A DNA stretch of 64,000 bases from Nitrospinaceae bacterium. Its GTDB lineage: Bacteria; Nitrospinota; Nitrospinia; Nitrospinales; Nitrospinaceae. The stretch covers positions 1,728,001-1,792,000 of the forward strand of contig OZ245011.1 in assembly GCA_965223665.1 (NCBI GenBank). The letters run 5' to 3'. Below, piece after piece: positions 19,338 to 29,002 of the stretch (position 1 is its first letter; each line of letters begins with the position of its first letter). Position numbers and translations under genes: made by a program. The notes beneath the pieces are model-generated. The model was not told the DNA's origin. It searched no databases and saw only the letters and a program-made list of their open reading frames with translations.

Positions 19338-19919
19338 ATGGAAATGAGTATGAAATCTATTATAGCAATTTTAATAACAGCGTTTTTAACGCTGTCGGGT
19401 TGTGCGGAGCATGAGCACTTTAGCGAGACTTATGTGCTCAAGTCAGGAAGACAATATTATGTGAACGACTTTCGAATTTGGCTGGTGCTTGGTGCAAAAC
19501 ACTCTCATTATAATAAGGATAAATGGTCCCAAATAAAGTATTTATTCACCGACACGCATGAAGAGTCTGGTTACCCTTATACTCTTCTCATAGGATCCAG
19601 ATATACAGGCAAACTCAAAGAAACTGCCAAAATATTCGATCTTAAAATGAAGGTGGGTGACCAGGAAGAAATAGATTTGCTCCGTCAGCATAAAGCGGTA
19701 TTGGAAATTGCTTATGACCCGCCGACCAACCCCCTTATGCCCGGAACCATGGAGTTTCCACTGGGAGACCAACTCCCCTTTCAAGAAGGTCAACAGGTGA
19801 CCTTCACCATGACGTTCCGCGCCCCGGACAATAAACAAACTCAAATTCTCGAATATACTTTCGAAGGAAAAACCAAAAACCACACCTACACAACGATGGA
19901 CGTTATCAATTCTGTATAA
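19338..19919 (+). CDS. Putative lipoprotein
   Basis: Lipobox LSGC after a hydrophobic signal. Confidence 0.75.
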   Translation: MEMSMKSIIAILITAFLTLSGCAEHEHFSETYVLKSGRQYYVNDFRIWLVLGAKHSHYNKDKWSQIKYLFTDTHEESGYPYTLLIGSRYTGKLKETAKIFDLKMKVGDQEEIDLLRQHKAVLEIAYDPPTNPLMPGTMEFPLGDQLPFQEGQQVTFTMTFRAPDNKQTQILEYTFEGKTKNHTYTTMDVINSV

Positions 19920-20058
19920 AAAGTTACGTCTTTGAACTGAAAAAATTTTTTATTGTAACTTCGACTGCTTCGTAAAATTAAAACCCATCCACCCCACAAG
20001 CAAGATGGTAATGTTATAATGGAAAAAATTTCACACATCACTCATTAACCAAAAATAA

Positions 20059-21195
20059 GTGCAGCCCAAATCCCAACAATCTGTTTTAATCATCGACGGT
20101 AATCGATATGTCGGATACCTGGTATTAAGCTGTCTGGCGCAGGTTCCTGATTACAAAATCCATGTATTAGCCACGGACGCGAACAGCTCGCTGCGACAGA
20201 GTCGCCTGCATGCTTCCTTTCATTTAGCAGACCCGAAGAACGATGAAGATTATCTAGAAACCATTCGGACCGTGGCCCGCAAGGTGGGCGCCACTCTTCT
20301 GATGCCGGCGAGTCGAATTGGAATCCATTTCGCCATTCGCAATTTAAAAGCGCTGCAACAAATCGCGCGGGTGATTCCTGTGCCTCCCCTGGACTCGTTT
20401 GAAACGGCTGAGGACAAAGGCAAACTAGCGGAGTTTTTAAAGGAACATGATATTCCTACACCACCTTCCGTTGCCTGCACATTGGACCCGAGTTTTTTTC
20501 ATGAAGTGAAACAACTGAGGTTTCCGGTATTACTGAAACCTAACATAGGGACCAGCGGGATTGGAATTCGCGAGTTCGAAACCTTCGCCTCACTGGAACA
20601 GTATCTGGAAAAAAACAAAAATGATTTAGAGCCCTGTATTATTCAAAGCAAACTACGCGGCTCCAATATGTCCGGGAACGTACACGTTAAGGACGGAAAA
20701 ATTTTAATCCACTCCTTTCAACGCACGTACATTCCCAACCCGGCACCGTTTCGTTTTCCCAGCGCCATTAAATTTGGACCTCACCCGGAAGCCTTTGCAC
20801 TGCTAACCGATTTGATGGCAAAACTAAACTGGACCGGCATTGCAAATATCGGTCTTTTCGTCGACCATGATGACAACCATAAAGTGAAAGTGTTAGAAAT
20901 CAACCCAAGGTATTGGGTGAATGTACGCGGAATGCTATTGGCGGGAATGAACTTTCCGCACATCGCCTGCTTGATGGCTTTGGATGAACCGTTACCTCCC
21001 AACGAATATAAAAACTGCAAGTTTGCAGAATTTCAGGAATGGCTTAACATTTTAGTTTATTCGTCCCAACGCAAAGACCTTCTCAAACTCGGTCCCTCCG
21101 CCATCGGCTGGCCCTACGCCCTGCAAGACCCCATCCCTTTTCTAAAGAATGTGTCCAATAAACTTAAATTCGTATCGAAGTCCAATCGACCATAA
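20059..21195 (+). CDS. ATP-grasp domain carboxylate-amine ligase (paralog 2)
   Basis: FPVLLKPNIGTSGIGI, KVLEINPRYW; full-length homology to 18129. Confidence 0.88.
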   Translation: MQPKSQQSVLIIDGNRYVGYLVLSCLAQVPDYKIHVLATDANSSLRQSRLHASFHLADPKNDEDYLETIRTVARKVGATLLMPASRIGIHFAIRNLKALQQIARVIPVPPLDSFETAEDKGKLAEFLKEHDIPTPPSVACTLDPSFFHEVKQLRFPVLLKPNIGTSGIGIREFETFASLEQYLEKNKNDLEPCIIQSKLRGSNMSGNVHVKDGKILIHSFQRTYIPNPAPFRFPSAIKFGPHPEAFALLTDLMAKLNWTGIANIGLFVDHDDNHKVKVLEINPRYWVNVRGMLLAGMNFPHIACLMALDEPLPPNEYKNCKFAEFQEWLNILVYSSQRKDLLKLGPSAIGWPYALQDPIPFLKNVSNKLKFVSKSNRP

Positions 21196-21339
21196 ACTTA
21201 ATTCTTGAAATAAATATTTTACAATTTGTTAGCTCTGTGAACTTTGTTATCAAAAATTGTATTGAAGTTATTGCTATTTTTTAATATATTCATGTTAATC
21301 AATTCCAAAAACCTCCAAATATTCAGAGGTGTAAATTAG

Positions 21340-21816
21340 ATGAATTTCGAAATCTCAAAAGATTTAATTATTAAGATTTTGTTAGTCATCATTCTACTTC
21401 TTTGCACGCCTTATTTATTTGAAAATCTTTTCCAAAAAAATTCAAAGATTCCAATCGTAGAACAAGATGAAGGACCACAACTTGAAATAAAACAACTTAT
21501 AGGCAAAATCCGTGAAGAATTAGAAGAAATGGATAACGAGCGAAGAATATTAAATAAGGCAGCCTTATTAGAACTTGATCACATTGATTTAGAAATTAAT
21601 TTTGTTGTTCAAAGTATCAGCAAGGAAGGAGGAGCCTTAAAACCTCAATTTTTGGTAGTGGAAAAAACCTCAGAATTAAGCTCTAAAAAGGTTCAAAAGA
21701 TAAAAATTCATATGAAGGCGGTTAAAGGAAAGAGTTTTGAAATTTCTGGCGGCAAGCTCCCACTATCAAACAAAGAAAACGAAACCATTTTAGGAACCGT
21801 TCCTCCTCCCAAATAG
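21340..21816 (+). CDS. Membrane-anchored Trypco2-like (trypsin-co-occurring domain 2) protein
   Basis: N-terminal TM; LEIKQLIGKIREEL...LELDHIDLEINFVV....EGGALK...KKVQKIKIHM fits the Trypco2 pattern. Confidence 0.65.
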   Translation: MNFEISKDLIIKILLVIILLLCTPYLFENLFQKNSKIPIVEQDEGPQLEIKQLIGKIREELEEMDNERRILNKAALLELDHIDLEINFVVQSISKEGGALKPQFLVVEKTSELSSKKVQKIKIHMKAVKGKSFEISGGKLPLSNKENETILGTVPPPK

Positions 21817-21826
21817 GAGACACAAA

Positions 21827-22651
21827 ATGCACTGCCCATTTCGAATTTTAGGAGTCCATACCTCTACTATTTTGATGTTTTTTTTATTCCTCCTGATTTC
21901 TCAATCCATTGCATTCGCAAGCCCTCAAGGAGTTTATTTTCAACTGTATCCTTCAAACTCTGATTACCTTGAAATCCAAATTGATGCCAGCAATTTAAAA
22001 CGAAATCAATATATTCCTTCCAGCATTTTAGGTGTAAAGTTTAAGCAATCGAACGGCAAATCGGTTAAAAAAGAATTCTCCATACCACAAATAAGTTCCG
22101 GTCAGTATAGAATGTACCAAGAGCATGGGATAGCCAATGTTATTTCGGTCGAAAGCGGATCATGGAAAGGAATTGTTGAAATTAGCGGAGGCAAGGTAGA
22201 TGATGGAAAACCACGCCCTCCCGGTAAGAGATTTGAAAAATCTGGCCAACGTAAAGCTGTAAGCAAGAAAGCAGGAGAACAATTACTAGGCCAAAAACCC
22301 CCATCCAAAAGAACTCGAATCAGTTCGAGAAGAAATCCAAATTATCCTCCGAATTATTTAGGCTGTTTTAAAGATAAGGGAGATGCAAGTAATCTTAAAA
22401 ATCTTACAAATAGGGATTTAAATGGAACTCATTTAAGCAAAAATAATATGACCGTTAGGGATTGTCGATTCGAATGTGGTCGAAAAGGATTTAAATATGC
22501 CGGATTGCAATACAGCAGCCAATGTTACTGCGGAAATTCGTATGGAAAGTATGGGAAATTGAAGGACCAAAATTGCTCATCATTATGCTGTGGCAATCCA
22601 ACAAAAATTTGTGGCGGATCATGGGCTAATAGTGTTTACAAAGCTCGCTAA
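21827..22651 (+). CDS. Secreted protein with C-terminal WSC carbohydrate-binding domain
   Basis: Signal peptide (AFA); YLGCFKD...MTVRDCRFEC..GFKYAGLQYSSQCYCGN...C...C.GN...ICGGSWANSVY. Confidence 0.88.
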   Translation: MHCPFRILGVHTSTILMFFLFLLISQSIAFASPQGVYFQLYPSNSDYLEIQIDASNLKRNQYIPSSILGVKFKQSNGKSVKKEFSIPQISSGQYRMYQEHGIANVISVESGSWKGIVEISGGKVDDGKPRPPGKRFEKSGQRKAVSKKAGEQLLGQKPPSKRTRISSRRNPNYPPNYLGCFKDKGDASNLKNLTNRDLNGTHLSKNNMTVRDCRFECGRKGFKYAGLQYSSQCYCGNSYGKYGKLKDQNCSSLCCGNPTKICGGSWANSVYKAR

Positions 22652-22714
22652 GGTTTTTCAGTTTCACTTGGCTTTAAAGTTAAAAACACAGCGATTGGAA
22701 AAGCCAACATAAAT

Positions 22715-23230
22715 CTACGGCAAAACGTTTTTCCTGAGGAATTTTCCGGTGGTGGCGTTGATGAAGATGGAGAGGTCACCGGAGTTATATCCGCTGTTCA
22801 CCGACCAGGCGATCTCTTTGGATCCAAATACAGCGAGGCCCATCGACAGGCTGTCTTCCTTTGCTCCGTTTTTCTTTGCGACTTCCATGGCCTGGTTACT
22901 GTCGATAAATTTTTCGCCCACCGGTTTCTTTAATCCGTAAGGCAATTTTAAAACTTCCAGTTTTTCACCGGTCTGACTCACACTTAAAAACTTTTTCGCT
23001 GACGGACTGAAAAACGCGTATGTCCAGGAGTCGGACGTTCCATCGGCTTTGACACTCAGGGTCGCAAGGTTGGTGAGCACGGCGTCTTTGTTCCAGGCTT
23101 TGGCTTTTTCTACGGCCTGCGGCAATAGGGCTCGGGCCGTCGTCCCCTGTGCCAGAGACAGTCCCGGCATCACCATTAAAATTAAAAAGAACACGACCAA
23201 CTTTAATTTCACTTTCATGGCTTTCTCCAA
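22715..23230 (-). CDS. Secreted hypothetical protein (PepSY-like tandem fold)
   Basis: Signal peptide; IDSNQAMEVAKKNG...W.V...IFINATTGK. Confidence 0.65.
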   Translation of the reverse strand: MEKAMKVKLKLVVFFLILMVMPGLSLAQGTTARALLPQAVEKAKAWNKDAVLTNLATLSVKADGTSDSWTYAFFSPSAKKFLSVSQTGEKLEVLKLPYGLKKPVGEKFIDSNQAMEVAKKNGAKEDSLSMGLAVFGSKEIAWSVNSGYNSGDLSIFINATTGKFLRKNVLP

Positions 23231-23253
23231 CTAATAGATTTGATGTCTCATCG

Positions 23254-26106
23254 TTATCTTTGTATTTTCGGTAACGCCCTTCGACCGGTGAGAGGCTTTT
23301 GTCGGGATTCTTCCTGTGCCGAATCCGACTCGTTTACCGTGGAACCATCCCTGCCATTGGAATTTTTGGGTTTCACCTCCAATATTGCTTCCGGCGTCGA
23401 TTGTCGTTGGGGTATGGCCAACCGTCCCGAACCTGATTTTTGATTCGCTCCCGGAACCGGTTCCGTAGCCAGCACTCGCGACTTGCTGGCATCGAACGGT
23501 GTAATTTGTTTGCCATCCTTAGCGGAAACATTATGAGTGACAGATTGTTTGAAAAAATGATTCTGCGGCGGCAATTTTTTAAAGAACCGTTTGGGATTAT
23601 CAATTTTACAGGCCACTTCATGAGTACCGGGTTTCTTATATGTCCATAGTTTGGTTTGTTCAAATCCTTTATTGTCCTTGGGCGTGGACACACCCACGGT
23701 TTGACCGTCAATGGCAATCACTCCGGTACCGCGCAAAGACTTTGGCTTCATTTTAACTATCAAACTCATGGCTTTCATTCCCTTTTTACCGCAGGGATTC
23801 CATTCCATTCGATCGGTTTTGGGAACATACCTACAACGGATCTGGAACTGGTCTCCGGTTCGCAAAAGAGGAACCGAGGATTCTAAAACCGGCGGTTGTG
23901 GTGCCAGATAAGTCAGATCAAATCCGCAAGCCTCTCCGGTTTTTTCCTGTGATGGCGGTTGGCCGGTCAGAACTCCGGAAGGTACCGCTTTCATATTGGT
24001 TCCTCCTTTGGATTGATCTGACTTGTTCACCGTCCGATGACTTCTTATTTTTTTTTCCCGGTCACCTCCCCGGTGTGCGGCCAGTGGCTTGCCTCCCAGA
24101 GCTTCATTGGGAGCGGCTTTCATGGAATTGCCTGCTACTTTTTGATCGGACTGTTTCACGGTGCGATCCGGAACATAACACACCTCATCGGCTCCATTGC
24201 GATCCGGGTCCTGTGGGCAAGCATTAAACTTTACCCTTCCATACCCGGGAACGGAAGGCACAGCCATTTTGCCAACACAGGAAATTCCTAAAGGATCCCA
24301 AATTTGAAAACACGGGTTTGTCTGAGAGGCGGTGCTTTTGGATTCAGTCGGTTTCCCATTGAGTGCCAACACAAACTTCTTCGCGGTTTTCTTACCGGAA
24401 ACAAAGTTGGGTTTTTCGTAATAAGCGCAACGCGTTTCCACCCGATCCGCCGGCAATAAATGATGCCGGGGGAACCCATCCAAAAGTGCTTCACAGGTTT
24501 TTGTTTTCCAGGGCCGTGTACAGGCCACCTGCGGATCGAAACCTCCGGGTTTCTTTGGATCTTTCTCAAGATAACGACAACGTTTAACGCCAAGCACGGC
24601 AACAAAATTCTGTCCCAACGCTTTCGCCGAGGCGGGGCGATTCAGTTGGCAATACTTATTGGTTCGATAATCTTTATCCGACTCACCGAGGCAGGCGGCA
24701 AATCCATCGTAGGATTGGCAGTCAAAGGATAAAGCCGTTCCCTTCGTAGTTTGCATGCATTTATTTTTAGCGAGTTTAGGAATCACGTTGGTTTGAAGTC
24801 GTTTCCTTTCGTTCACAGCAACAGCGGAAAACAGTTTACCCACAGCACGAAAACACACCCACTCTACTGCAGAAGGTGGAGACATTTTGGGAAAGGTCAA
24901 TCGAGAGGTGCCTTTACCATAAATCAAATTACCAACATGAGTGCTACATTCAGAAAACTGTTTTTTATAAAAGTCGGCCCCTGCTTGACTGTTCACAAAC
25001 ATTTGCAACGGCAACTGCCCCTGGACAAGAGCATTCCAATCCTGGGGAGGCAACGAGTCGATAAACTTTTTATATGCACCGGCTTCATCATGACTGAATA
25101 CCTCAACGGCCCGGTTCATCACAGGGGATTTCAACCAGCCTCTAAAATAAGTTTCAGGTAGAGACTGCACCAGGGTGACTAAAGCCGACGCTTCCTTATG
25201 CAGTTGCTGACTCATTTTAGACGGACACAACGCACCAAAAGAAAGACTGCCATAAGCGACGCATTGTTTAATCTCCGGAGGATCCAAACCCAGATTCGAG
25301 CGCTTCGTCATGAGTGCCTGCACCACGCGTTTATATATTAACGGACGGATGACCCGGGCATAGTAGGTATCCGCATCCATTTTTTTCTTGCCACCACCGC
25401 CGGAAAGCACTTTGTTGACTGCTTTAGTCGCATCCTGCGCAACGTTCACAAACTCCTTACCGAATTTCGCCACTTCAGCAACGGCTTTACCGAGGGTTCC
25501 GCAGGCCTGGCTTTTCATAGGAATATTTGGAGCAATTTCACAGGCTAATTCAAAGCCGAACAATTGGATGAGTTTCCATATATTCACCTTCGGCCAGGAT
25601 TTAACGGTCACTAAAATTTCATAGACAATAGGCTCGGCTTTGTTCAGGACTTTATCGGCCAATTCGCCACAAACGAACGGTTTGAGCGGCCCGCCCCAGG
25701 AGAGCCCCGCCTTGCAGGCGATCTGCCCCAACAACTTTACACCTGTAAGTTCCAAAACACGTATCCAGTCGGAAGCGTTTGCGGCTTTAATGATATCCAC
25801 CGCCGCTTTTATCGCCGGATCGTTGGGGACAAACTGCTGCGCGGCCTGTTCCGCCTGCGATGTTGCCTCTTTTTTCAGTTGAGCAGATTTTTTGCTGGCT
25901 AAAGATTTAACATCGATACACTGTGCGGGACTTTTTTTAACAAGGCACTCCACCAAAGGTTTAGCGTCAATAATAGCGGAGTCAATCACCCCGGCTTGAG
26001 CCAGCAATTTCAATATGGTGTCGATGGAATCTGCTGTAGCAACGGTGGGAAAGGACAAACATCCCATCAATAAAAGTCCAAATAGAAGTGAGGTAAGGTT
26101 TCTCAT
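23254..26106 (-). CDS. Large secreted Cys-rich hypothetical protein (950 aa)
   Basis: Signal peptide (ATA); many Cys; internal duplicated linker; C-terminal beta-sandwich-like segment (KPGTHEVACKID). Confidence 0.8.
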   Translation of the reverse strand: MRNLTSLLFGLLLMGCLSFPTVATADSIDTILKLLAQAGVIDSAIIDAKPLVECLVKKSPAQCIDVKSLASKKSAQLKKEATSQAEQAAQQFVPNDPAIKAAVDIIKAANASDWIRVLELTGVKLLGQIACKAGLSWGGPLKPFVCGELADKVLNKAEPIVYEILVTVKSWPKVNIWKLIQLFGFELACEIAPNIPMKSQACGTLGKAVAEVAKFGKEFVNVAQDATKAVNKVLSGGGGKKKMDADTYYARVIRPLIYKRVVQALMTKRSNLGLDPPEIKQCVAYGSLSFGALCPSKMSQQLHKEASALVTLVQSLPETYFRGWLKSPVMNRAVEVFSHDEAGAYKKFIDSLPPQDWNALVQGQLPLQMFVNSQAGADFYKKQFSECSTHVGNLIYGKGTSRLTFPKMSPPSAVEWVCFRAVGKLFSAVAVNERKRLQTNVIPKLAKNKCMQTTKGTALSFDCQSYDGFAACLGESDKDYRTNKYCQLNRPASAKALGQNFVAVLGVKRCRYLEKDPKKPGGFDPQVACTRPWKTKTCEALLDGFPRHHLLPADRVETRCAYYEKPNFVSGKKTAKKFVLALNGKPTESKSTASQTNPCFQIWDPLGISCVGKMAVPSVPGYGRVKFNACPQDPDRNGADEVCYVPDRTVKQSDQKVAGNSMKAAPNEALGGKPLAAHRGGDREKKIRSHRTVNKSDQSKGGTNMKAVPSGVLTGQPPSQEKTGEACGFDLTYLAPQPPVLESSVPLLRTGDQFQIRCRYVPKTDRMEWNPCGKKGMKAMSLIVKMKPKSLRGTGVIAIDGQTVGVSTPKDNKGFEQTKLWTYKKPGTHEVACKIDNPKRFFKKLPPQNHFFKQSVTHNVSAKDGKQITPFDASKSRVLATEPVPGANQKSGSGRLAIPQRQSTPEAILEVKPKNSNGRDGSTVNESDSAQEESRQKPLTGRRALPKIQR

Positions 26107-26223
26107 ATAGAATTCCAGGTTTAAAGAAACGATGGAACTTTAAATTGTTTGCTCTATATATAAGGAAAAAACCGACTAGGACTTTGTTAAAACTGTATTG
26201 ATAGGAACCGAATCCATAGGGCC

Positions 26224-26252
26224 ATCATATGAATTATGAGTCAATCTGTCAA
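26224..26252 (-). promoter_or_regulatory. sigma70 promoter (copy 1 of a duplicated 50-bp block)
   Basis: Minus strand TTGACA-N17-TATGAT. Confidence 0.7.
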
Positions 26253-26407
26253 ATTGAATTGGAGGGTATTTTTTCTGAATTAAATCGCAAATGGAACAGA
26301 GGTTAAATTCCTATTTTTCAATCTTTTTGATTAAAGAAACAAACTAATATGCAGGAAAACCCTATAAGTATTTCCAAAGGAAATTCTTTTTATTACTATT
26401 CAAAATC

Positions 26408-28099
26408 TTAATGATCGTCGTAAATGAACTGGTTGGACTTTTTGTCGAATTCCAGTTTATAGATATCCCATTTCTGCGAAGCGGATCGGGGTTCCTCCAG
26501 TTTTTGCGCGATGATGACTTTATCGCCGAGGGCTCTTAGGGTAATCATTCCATAGACGGCCACATTTCTGTCTTTCTTCATTTCCAGAGACTCGATCAGT
26601 TTTTTCTTTTTCTTTTTATCCGTCTCCGCATCAATCTGCTGAACAATTCCCTTTAAGGCAAGATACTGGACAAACCGTGGCGTGAACTCGCGCGTGCTTC
26701 GCGCCAACTCGGTGGAAAAAATCAGCGGACGTCTGCCGCGACCATACCTGCCGTAAGCGCCCAGCGCATCCGGGCGCGGGTGACTGTGCGACTCCTGATC
26801 TCCACTGGAAATCACCGTGGCCACAGCATTGAGCGAACGTATAAACCCATCAATAATATGCTGGCTGCCATGATGGCACGCTTTCGCGACATCCACCTCA
26901 AAGATATCGCGACCGGTTTTTTCCAGATCGGCAACCATTTTTTCCAGAGCATCCAGTTTTTTCTGGTCGGATGTTTTCAAAGGCTGCTTCTTTGCTTTGA
27001 GTTTTCCGATGAGTTTTTCCAACTCTTCAGGAGTGTGCTTCGTCCCGGCATAAGTTTTTAGAAGAAAGTTCTGCGACTGGCTGTTCAGGTCACCCCCTAA
27101 CAACAGCGTCAGGTTTTTGTACCTGGCTTTGAAGATAACGCTGTGGCCGTTTTTAGTGATCCCTTCTAATCCCAGAGTTCGCACCGTTACCAGATTTTTG
27201 GTTTTGAATTTCTTGCGTTCCTGTATGGGTCCTAATATTTGCAGAGAAAACTTTCTGTTTTTTTCAAACCCTGGCAGGAATTCCTTTTTACCAAGGTTCT
27301 TAATGCTGACGCCCACCGTTTTCACGGAAGCCGATTTTGTGTTTTTGTAAAGGGCTCGGAAAGCGGAGATCAGACGCTTGCTGGTTTTAGGAAATTTTTT
27401 AACCAGTTTTTTCATTTCAGTCGCGCTGGTGACATAGTCAAACAGATAAGTCTCACCATCCTTCTTGAAGGTCCCTCCCAGGTCATCGGGATACTTTACT
27501 CCTTTAACTTTTTTTTCCTTGGGACGTTCGACAATTCCGTTGTGATAAACCTCATCGAAAGTTAATTTGGGATTCTGAAATACGTGTTTAAACCCCCCAT
27601 AGTGATCTTCATCCGGATGAGACATCACCACATGATCTATTTTCATTGGCTTCTTTTCTTTTTGATCCGGGTCAAAACCTTCAACATCTTTTACATTTCG
27701 AGAACGCAGATTGTACCGCCAGCAAAGAAATCGGTGCATGTTATCCGAGACTCCGGCATCTATGAGCAACACCTTGTCATTGGGCGTCACAATGTGGCAG
27801 CCATCGCCCTGCCCTACATCCACAAAGTTCACTTCCAGAGCGCGTTCAGAATCAAACTCATCAATTTCCAGCCATCCGTTGTTACCGCGAGCCCGCACCC
27901 TGGCGTAAGTGGCCGATCTTGCTTTGCCGCTTCGTGTTCTCCATTTATGGACATGCGTTTCCCCCAGGTATTTGATCCAGTCCCCTAGCAATAAATGATT
28001 CACACTACCTGAACCTTTTTTGGTTTCTTTTAAAACCACAGAATGTTTGCAGATAAAGTAGCTTTTCTGATCAACTAAATCATTCACCGATAAAGTCAT
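26408..28099 (-). CDS. ComEC/Rec2-like metallo-beta-lactamase-fold hydrolase with N-terminal SH3-like segment
   Basis: VNFVDVGQGDG, LLIDAG, SHPDEDHYGG, LLLGGDLN, ACHHGS, HSHPR; ATG 28099 with SD GGAGAG (track start 28114). Confidence 0.88.
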   Translation of the reverse strand: MTLSVNDLVDQKSYFICKHSVVLKETKKGSGSVNHLLLGDWIKYLGETHVHKWRTRSGKARSATYARVRARGNNGWLEIDEFDSERALEVNFVDVGQGDGCHIVTPNDKVLLIDAGVSDNMHRFLCWRYNLRSRNVKDVEGFDPDQKEKKPMKIDHVVMSHPDEDHYGGFKHVFQNPKLTFDEVYHNGIVERPKEKKVKGVKYPDDLGGTFKKDGETYLFDYVTSATEMKKLVKKFPKTSKRLISAFRALYKNTKSASVKTVGVSIKNLGKKEFLPGFEKNRKFSLQILGPIQERKKFKTKNLVTVRTLGLEGITKNGHSVIFKARYKNLTLLLGGDLNSQSQNFLLKTYAGTKHTPEELEKLIGKLKAKKQPLKTSDQKKLDALEKMVADLEKTGRDIFEVDVAKACHHGSQHIIDGFIRSLNAVATVISSGDQESHSHPRPDALGAYGRYGRGRRPLIFSTELARSTREFTPRFVQYLALKGIVQQIDAETDKKKKKKLIESLEMKKDRNVAVYGMITLRALGDKVIIAQKLEEPRSASQKWDIYKLEFDKKSNQFIYDDH

Positions 28100-28449
28100 C
28101 TTGTCTCTCCACAAAGTTTTTTAAACCAGTAGGACCGTGCCAGCGAGTGGCTTGAAAGGTGAACTGGCAATGGATGTGTTGGGTTCATAAACCCTGTACC
28201 CAGGCTCGGTAGTACAAAACGTTAGCATCAAACCTCATTGTATTCATTGGTTCTTTTTTCAGTCCGAGCCAGGTTTTCTTAATGTGTGCAGGAACTCCCC
28301 GACAATTTTGGAAATGAACCGAAGGAACCATAAATAGTTTTCTTACAAGAATATTGAGTTTTGAAGAATTAATAAGCTTTTGCTGTTTATTCCATTCCAA
28401 GAAAAATCTATAAAGAATTAATGTAAATTGGAATCAATAACTTAGAGTC

Positions 28450-28478
28450 ATCATAGGAATTATAAGCCATCCTGTCAA
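28450..28478 (-). promoter_or_regulatory. sigma70 promoter (copy 2 of the duplicated 50-bp block)
   Basis: Minus strand TTGACA-N17-TATGAT; 41/50 identical to 26221-26270. Confidence 0.65.
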
Positions 28479-29002
28479 ATTGGATTGAAGGCTATTATTA
28501 AGTATAGGCAAAATCCTACAAACATTGAGACTTTTCAATAAAAACCGTTTTCCCTCACTTAAAATTCACTGAGCCAAGAAAGATAACCTTATAAAAAAAC
28601 ATTCAGTTACCTTCAGTTCTACTTTTTTTACAAGTTTTAAGTTTTTTTATTTTCACCTCTACCTACCCTAATTACCCCTTTTTTAACCCTTATGGTCTAT
28701 TGACAATATGGACCTATCGGGGTAGTTTTGCTTAAAAAGGGAAATTGGCTATATCCATTTAAAAGAGGAAAAAGATAATGAAACGGATTTTTTCTTGTTT
28801 GGGTAAAAATCTTAAGAAAGTGGGGTTGCAAGCTCAATGCAATGTCATCGGCAGATTTTCTGAAGAAAATTGATCGCTCATTTTAATTAGAAGCCTTCGG
28901 GCTACAGAATTTTTTCTTTATTTTTATTTTTTTCTAAACGATCGGATTCATTTTTCTACAAAAATTGTTTGAAGGCTTTATTCCTTTTAAGGAGGAAACA
29001 AA

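Noticed and set aside
28185-28400. 71-aa ORF upstream of the MBL gene
   Set aside because: TTG start, no RBS, no recognisable motif; probably leader sequence.
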